Source: Aotus nancymaae (lineage: Eukaryota). From it: DNA of 64,000 bases. The position numbers were made by a program, and so were the translations under genes. Position 1 is the first letter of the stretch. Each line of letters opens with the position of its first letter. Below are positions 58,026-64,000 of the stretch, piece after piece. A model generated the notes under the pieces. That model searched no databases. It was not told the DNA's origin and worked only from the letters and a program-made list of their open reading frames with translations. The stretch is taken from positions 6,643,875 through 6,707,874 of the forward strand of contig NW_026988420.1 of the NCBI RefSeq assembly GCF_030222135.1, read 5' to 3'.

Positions 58026-58454
58026 ATTTTTGGTATGTCTTAATCAGAAAATTTGGAAGGGACCAAAGAGTATGTGGAAGAAAATGGAAAACCACTCAGA
58101 CCCACACCCAAAGATGCCCACCATGGGAATGTCCCTGGGACGTGTGCTCATTCAGCAGCAACCTTTAAATACCAGTTTAATAATTTCAGCGTAGAAAATC
58201 ATACTTAAGTCTTTTTCATGAACTGTCAGTAGAGGTTACTTGGGAAAAGGTAAAAAGGGTTCTGTGGGTTGAAAAATGCCAGATGACACAAGCTTTGAGA
58301 CAGCCAACCTCCTCTGAGCCTCCAGCTGGAGTGGGTGATGCTTGTCTGACCAGGCCCAGCTCGGGGGCCTGCTTCCATCTGGCGTGGGTGTTCTTCTCTC
58401 TGGGGGCTCAAGATTGCATTTGGAGTAATTCACACACATCTCTCTTGTGTTCAG

Positions 58455-58582
58455 GCTCTGGCATCCTGCTGTTTATCTTCCATGCAAACTTTTTGGGTAA
58501 AGAAGTTATTGCGCGGCTCTGTGGACCATGTAGTGTACAAGCTGTAGTTCTGAATGATAAATTTCAACTTCCTGTTTTTCTG
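58455..58582 (+). CDS. MPHOSPH8: MPHOSPH8 exon 12 (128 nt): GSGILLFIFHANFLGKEVIARLCGPCSVQAVVLNDKFQLPVFL
   Basis: Acceptor ctcttgtgttcag|GCTCTGGCATCC and donor GTTTTTCTG|gtaagata. The frame continues from exon 11 (G+GC = Gly). Confidence 0.9.
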
Positions 58583-58921
58583 GTAAGATACTCTGTATTT
58601 CACTACTGAAAAGTACATTTTTCCAATCAAAAGCACAGATGACTTAATTTTAAATTTTTGTGTCTTAATAAAATATAATTGTTCAGAATATGACCCAATA
58701 AATATTACCCATTAATACTTTATGAGTAATAATTTTACCCATAAAGTAAGATTATCCTAAATTTTGTCAGTAGAAATTTTACCTGTTTATTTTTTGCCTT
58801 AAATTATGCTTACTATACTGAGGACCATCATTGTTCTGAATATAAATTCTTAATGATCTCAAAGATTCTTTGTACATAATTACTTGGCCACTTTTAGAAT
58901 TCTTTCTTTGGATTCAATTAA

Positions 58922-59300
<379 letters not shown>

Positions 59301-59329
59301 ACATACTGACTTACGAATTAAAAATAAGC

Positions 59330-59600
59330 ACTTTGGGTGACCAAGGTGGGCAGATCACCTGAGGTCAGGAGTTCGAGACCAGCCTCGCTGACATGGTGAA
59401 ACCCTGTCTCTGCTAAAGATACAAAAATTAGCCGGGCATTTGGCATGCACCTGTAATCTCTACCCAGGAGGCTGAGGCAGAATTGCTGGAACCTGGGAGG
59501 CAGAGGCTTCAGTGAGCCAAGACCACACCACGGCCTCCAGCCTGGGCAACAGAGAGCGATTCTGTCTCAAAAACAATAAATAATAAAAATAAATAAAATT
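59330..59600 (+). mobile_element. Alu (5'-truncated), + orientation, with an A-rich tail
   Basis: gcactttgggtgaccaaggtgggcagatcacctgaggtcaggagttcgagaccagcctcgctgacatggtgaaaccctgtctctgctaaagatacaaaaattagccgggc...gggcaacagagagcgattctgtctcaaaaacaataaataataaaaataaataaaa. Confidence 0.9.
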
Positions 59601-59693
59601 TATTTATGATTCTTTTACACCACTGATGTTTTTAAAGGCTTCTGGTGTAAGTTTGTGTGAAAAAACACTGATTTTTTTTTCTTTCCATTGTAG

Positions 59694-59777
59694 GACAGTC
59701 ATTTTGTTTACTCATTCAGTCCTATTGCAGGTCCCAATAAACTCTTCATAAGGTTGACGGAAGCACCCTCTGCCAAG
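59694..59777 (+). CDS. MPHOSPH8: MPHOSPH8 exon 13 (84 nt): DSHFVYSFSPIAGPNKLFIRLTEAPSAK
   Basis: Acceptor tttttttctttccattgtag|GACAGTCATTTT and donor CTGCCAAG|gtgaaaat. The exon is in phase 0/0. Confidence 0.9.
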
Positions 59778-60317
59778 GTGAAAATCCTTTCTTCATATTT
59801 AGTGTCACTACTCAAGTTGTTACTCCAGATTACTGTGTCATCATTAAAAAAGAATGCCAAGAATCCTGGTGTGCCTGTCCTAGAAAGAGACAGGCACTTC
59901 CTTGAGTAGTGATGCTAGGTGCACTCCCTCGGTCTACACTGTGTTAGACATGATAATGTGGCAGGAAAAGGACTAGGCTGCAGCTGAGAAGAATGCCATC
60001 TAGAGGATGCAGCCATCTGAATCATGTTCTAGGCCTTGGTATGAAATTACCAAATGTGTTATCTTTAGGGCGGTCCCTAATCTCTTGTGTGAAAGGAAGC
60101 TGGACAAAACAGTCTGTCTAATAAAACAGTAATATAAAATTATAAGCACTTGGAATTATTTCTTGAATTAAAATGGCAATGATCTAACAGTGTAAATTGA
60201 TGATAAGCAACTTGAAAATATTGCCAAATAATAGAAGCAAACCTTGGCTATGTGTGGTTTTTCTTGTAAGGGGAAATCTGGATCTGTACTGACACCTGCA
60301 TTCTTTTCTTTCAACAG

Positions 60318-60359
60318 GTTAAGTTGCTAATAGGTGCATATAGAGTGCAGCTGCAGTGA
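60318..60359 (+). CDS. MPHOSPH8: MPHOSPH8 terminal coding segment (exon 14): VKLLIGAYRVQLQ*, with the TGA stop at 60357-60359
   Basis: Acceptor ttcttttctttcaacag|GTTAAGTTGCTAATAGG. Summed coding length of exons 1-14 is 2580 nt (859 codons plus the stop). Confidence 0.9.
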   Translation, partial: VKLLIGAYRVQLQ

Positions 60360-60636
60360 CCAAACAGGAGGGATTGGGTGGAGTTCTCTGCAGACCGATT
60401 CGTATACTCTCATTGACAGCAGTTTGGAATTCCAGCACATCCATGTAAAGTTTTATATAGACCTCTTGCAATCAAGCCTGTTGTCTGTTGTAGTCTGTAA
60501 GATGCGACATAGCTGTGTCTGTGCCAGGGTGCTGGAATCTCAGTGCAGTGTCCAGACTGCGTATTTCAGTTTTTCCACAATGTGGATAGTACGTATGAGG
60601 ATTATTTAAGAAAATTAAAGAATTTTTCTTTTTTTT

Positions 60637-60865
60637 TTTGAGATGGAGTTTCCCTCTTGTTGCCCAGGCTGGAGTGCAGTGGCACGACCTCAGTTCCCCA
60701 AGTAGCTGGGAGTACAGGCATGCCCAGCTAATTTTGTATTTTCAGTAGAGACGGGGTTTCTCCGTGTTGGGCAAGCTGGTCTCGAACTCCTGGCCTCAGG
60801 TGATCCAACCGCTGGCCTCCAAAGTGCTGGGATTACAGGTGTGAGCCACTGCACCCAGCAAGACT
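60637..60865 (-). mobile_element. Alu with an internal deletion, minus orientation, inside the MPHOSPH8 3'UTR
   Basis: ttttttttttgagatggagtttccctcttgttgcccaggctggagtgcagtggcacgacctcagttccccaagtagctgggagtacaggcatgcccagctaattttgtattttcagtagagacggggtttctccgtgttgggcaagctggtctcgaactcctggcctcaggtgatccaaccgctggcctccaaagtgctgggattacaggtgtgagccactgcacccagc. Confidence 0.9.
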
Positions 60866-61211
60866 TATTTTCTTAACTTGAAATTTTTTGTTAGCCCTGG
60901 TGAACTTCTGTTTTTTAAAAAAAGGAAAAAATTCAACTCTGAAGGGAGCCATGTTATAACAGTCAAGTTACCCAAGCACGGAATAAAAGTGTGGGTTTGC
61001 TGCCCTTGAAGGGGTTGGGAGGCCTGATCTTTTTCTAGCAGACGACAGTAGCCACACATTCCCCAAGCACAAAAGGTGGAGAGGGCAGTCGCTTTGTAAA
61101 TGTGCTGTAGTCACTTATCTTTTCAAAGGGTAACAAGAGAGTCTAAGATTTAGCAAGAATGTAAATCAGTACACTATGAGGCCTAAAAGAGAATATTAAA
61201 TGTGAACTTTT

Positions 61212-61460
61212 GGCCAGGTGTTGTGGCTCACACCTGTAATCCCAGCGCTTTGAAGCCTGAGGCTGGAGGACCGCTTAAGCGCAAGAGTTCAAGACCAGCC
61301 TGGGTAACATGAGTGGCACACACCTGTAGTCCCAGCTACTCAGGAAGCTGAGGTGAAAGGATTGCTTGAGCTGGGAGGTCAAGGCTGCAGTGAACCCTGA
61401 AAGGCCACTGCACTCCAGCCTAGGTGACAGAATGAGACCCTGTCTCAAAAACAAAAAAAT
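61212..61460 (+). mobile_element. Alu, + orientation, inside the MPHOSPH8 3'UTR
   Basis: ttggccaggtgttgtggctcacacctgtaatcccagcgctttgaagcctgaggctggaggaccgcttaagcgcaagagttcaagaccagcctgggtaacatgagtggcacacacctgtagtcccagctactcaggaagctgaggtgaaaggattgcttgagctgggaggtcaaggctgcagtgaaccctgaaaggccactgcactccagcctaggtgacagaatgagaccctgtctcaaaaacaaaaaaa. Confidence 0.9.
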
Positions 61461-64000
61461 GAGCATTTAACTTTGCTCTTGGAATCTGTACATTTTTTTA
61501 AAGCCACATCTTGTACCCTTGTTTTGAATACCAACTGGGAAGATGATGGGACTTAGGTAACAGCCAAGCCTATTACCTGTCAGCTGTGTGGGAGCCACCA
61601 TGCTGTCTTGAAAGAGTTCCTGCTTCTGTAGATTACCTACAGGTTGAACTCATATCCTCTTAAATTTCTGGCAAGCATAAATCAAGCTGTCTGGGTTATG
61701 AAGAAGTTGAAAATTGTTTTGTTCCTCATTAGTTTCTAATTGTATAAAATATGATTTTAATGAAAACTTTTCAGAATTCATATTTGTGTAGATATTTCAG
61801 AGCACCATTTTTACTTTATATCCTAAAACTGCCTTTTCCTATGGTTTTGTCAATAAAACATTATGATGTTGGTCTGTTTCCTTTTATATCTCAAGTTTCA
61901 GAACTTTAAAACATGGTTGATATTTGCAATTTTTTAGCTAAATGAGGGCTGAGATTGGACTTTTTCAACTAAATTGAATCGTAGTATATCTGGCTTCATA
62001 GCTTTGTGGGGGGAAAAGGAGATTTGAGTCAGCAGTAGTGCAGGTCAGGAGCAATAAAGGAGACAGTAGGAGTCCAACTGCAGATGTGAATGAACAGCCT
62101 CAGAGGAACACATGAGAAGGTGACCTGCTGTTGATCAGGAAGGCAGGGCTGTCTAAGCCACAAACCAAATAAATAGGAATTGGCACATAGTTCAAAATTA
62201 TTTTTTGGGGAAAAAAAGCCTGAGCAATGATCCCTCTGGAAAACAAAGTTCTCAGGCAGCACCTTACCAAAGGTTTATAGATGATAACGTTTAGAACTAT
62301 AGGTCAAGGCCCAAGGGAACCTTGTGTAGTTAAAGTGTATGCAGCATAGCTTATGTGACAGAGGACATAGACCTAGTCATGTCCGGATCTCCTAACCTTT
62401 CCCCTGGAAGGCTATGAAGTCAGATAAAGTACATGATTCAGTTCATGGCCTAGAATACAGGCGATGTCGGGACTGAGCTCACCACAGATGGGATGCATGG
62501 CTGTAGCCAGACTGAGTCATGTCCTCTGCCATTACTCCTTTCCAGGGTCTCCTTGTGTAAGGACAACATAATTGGGCTGTTCAATTAATTTACTAGCAAC
62601 AGCACTCAGATCTAGTTTGCTGTAATGGCTGTAGTAGAAAGTACAGTACACATTCTTTTGTCTGTTCTGCCAAAAAGAGGGATTCTGATGTTGAATAACT
62701 ACAATTAGATATGAGGAGTTTGGTTTCAGTCCAGAAATAATAGAAAACTTTCCATTTTTATACACTATCAAGTCAGTCCTATCTTGAGTCTTAAATGTGG
62801 AGAATCTTATTCAGTAGAATCATCAGGAAAGTCGATTTGAAGCTCAGGTGCTACTTCCTGAGTTCCACTTTGTATCCATTATATTGGGTAGCTTTGAAAG
62901 TAAAGAAGTCCCTCCCCCCACGCCCACACACACACAAAGCAGACTGTTATTGTGAATATACTAGTGCTGGCAAGGCTTATAAGGTACTCAGCATGTGAAC
63001 CAGGGACCTGATGGCGCACACACTGGGAAAGGCTGGATTGGATGCCCAGAATAAAAATGGAGTGGAGAAGCTCAAGGAGGAGGATCGGCAAAACAAGGAA
63101 GGCAAGAGACATACAACAGACTGTGAAAAACCTGGGTCATGAAATGACAAAGGCTAAAGAGTTTGAAATGTTTACTATTTCATGCAGTTAACATGTTTCA
63201 TAGCTTTAAGTTTAAAGTTTTAGACTTACCCCGTATCCTTGCTAAGTCAAGACCACTTTGGAATTTACACTGCTTTCTTTTGACTTCCATTGACTTGTAG
63301 CTAATGGTCCTTACACAGCAAAACTGGGATTTCTAGATGTAGCCCTCCAAGTTCAGAAAAGCCTCACTAGGTAAGGGGCAAGATTGTAAAGACAATGAAG
63401 GTTCACAATTCAGTCACATCATCATCAGAAACATGATCAGGGACTCATCTGTCCACCTGGAACCACTTTAGTTTTGAAGGTGACGTCACCAGACATCCCT
63501 GCAGCACGCTCTCCTTCCTGTGCTAACTCCTGCTATTTGCTTGCCTGAGCCAGCTCATGCTTCAGTAAAACAGGATTTTTCTCCCAACAATGCCAATTTT
63601 CTTATTCTCAATTATGAGAGACCCAAAATTTGGGCTATGAGGGACAGTTTTTGAAAATCCTCTAATGGTTTCCAGTCACGGAGTGTTGAAAAGGAAGGAC
63701 CTGTTGGCTATTGTGAATTTGTGCATTGCTACCATACTACTGTCCAACATAAACCAGCAAGACCACCACACCAAGGACTAGGTAACAATTTAATTTACAA
63801 ATAAAAAGCCAAAACCCTCAAAAAAGGCTAGTTGACACTTATTCCGGAGATCATTTTTAACCACAGAAAATGTGCCCCTATAGTATGTTTTTAAATGTAA
63901 AATGTTATGATTGCCCAGACATCCATAAACTGCTTATGTAAGAAATTCATAAATGAGGTAAGATTTGTTTTCTGTCTTGTTTCTCCCAGGTCATGAACAG

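Larger units (their letters stand above)
60360..61880 (+). other. MPHOSPH8: MPHOSPH8 3'UTR, about 1.5 kb if the distal site is used. An AATAAA at 60982-60987 is a possible proximal site. The canonical AATAAA at 61853-61858 has a GU-rich downstream element, with cleavage at about 61878. The UTR contains two Alus in opposite orientation.
   Basis: Contiguous with the terminal exon. The distal signal reads ttgtcAATAAAacattatgatgttggtctgtttcc. No other strong polyA signal lies between the stop and about 61850 apart from the one at 60982. Confidence 0.65.

Noticed and set aside
61880-64000. Possible PSPC1 3' end (PSPC1 is the known minus-strand neighbour downstream of MPHOSPH8 in human). Also a strong-looking plus-strand acceptor (tttgttttctgtcttgtttctcccag|) at the very end of the window (about 63990).
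   Set aside because: No PSPC1 coding similarity in any minus-strand ORF here, and no clear TTTATT/polyA signature was identified. Any 3'UTR overlap cannot be shown from the sequence alone. An isolated polypyrimidine-AG is common by chance.

Overview
This is primate (human-type) nuclear genomic DNA, dense in Alu and L1 repeats. It is not a prokaryotic locus, and I saw no rRNA, tRNA or CRISPR features.

Two host genes are present. (1) On the minus strand at 1-2460 lies the 5' part of an N4BP2L2-like gene. It has a CpG-island promoter (~1.96-2.46 kb), a putative non-coding exon 1, a small intron, a coding exon 2 with its ATG at 1692-1690, a 104-nt intron, and a large exon 3 that runs off the window start and encodes the P-loop kinase-like domain. 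That exon carries a 1-bp frameshift in an A9 homopolymer at 177-185. (2) On the plus strand is the complete coding region of MPHOSPH8 (MPP8; chromodomain plus ankyrin repeats; a HUSH-complex subunit). Its CpG-island promoter with two inverted CCAAT boxes lies at ~15.44-16.33 kb. It has 14 coding exons from the ATG at 15973 to the TGA at 60357-60359, GT-AG introns throughout, and a 3'UTR to a polyA signal at 61853.

The remainder is intronic or intergenic repeat sequence. It holds ~50 Alu copies, a near-full-length antisense L1 (32.5-38.7 kb), older L1 fragments, three same-orientation THE1-type MaLR solo LTRs, a MIR, a 7SL RNA retropseudogene with target-site duplications, and several microsatellites.

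The most unusual points are as follows. The pairing of an N4BP2L2-like 5' end with MPHOSPH8 is unexpected. Consistent with that, the N4BP2L2-like copy carries a frameshift. A perfect 120-bp inverted micro-duplication sits inside an Alu cluster. A young Alu insertion has an intact target-site duplication. The MPHOSPH8 3'UTR contains an inverted Alu pair.
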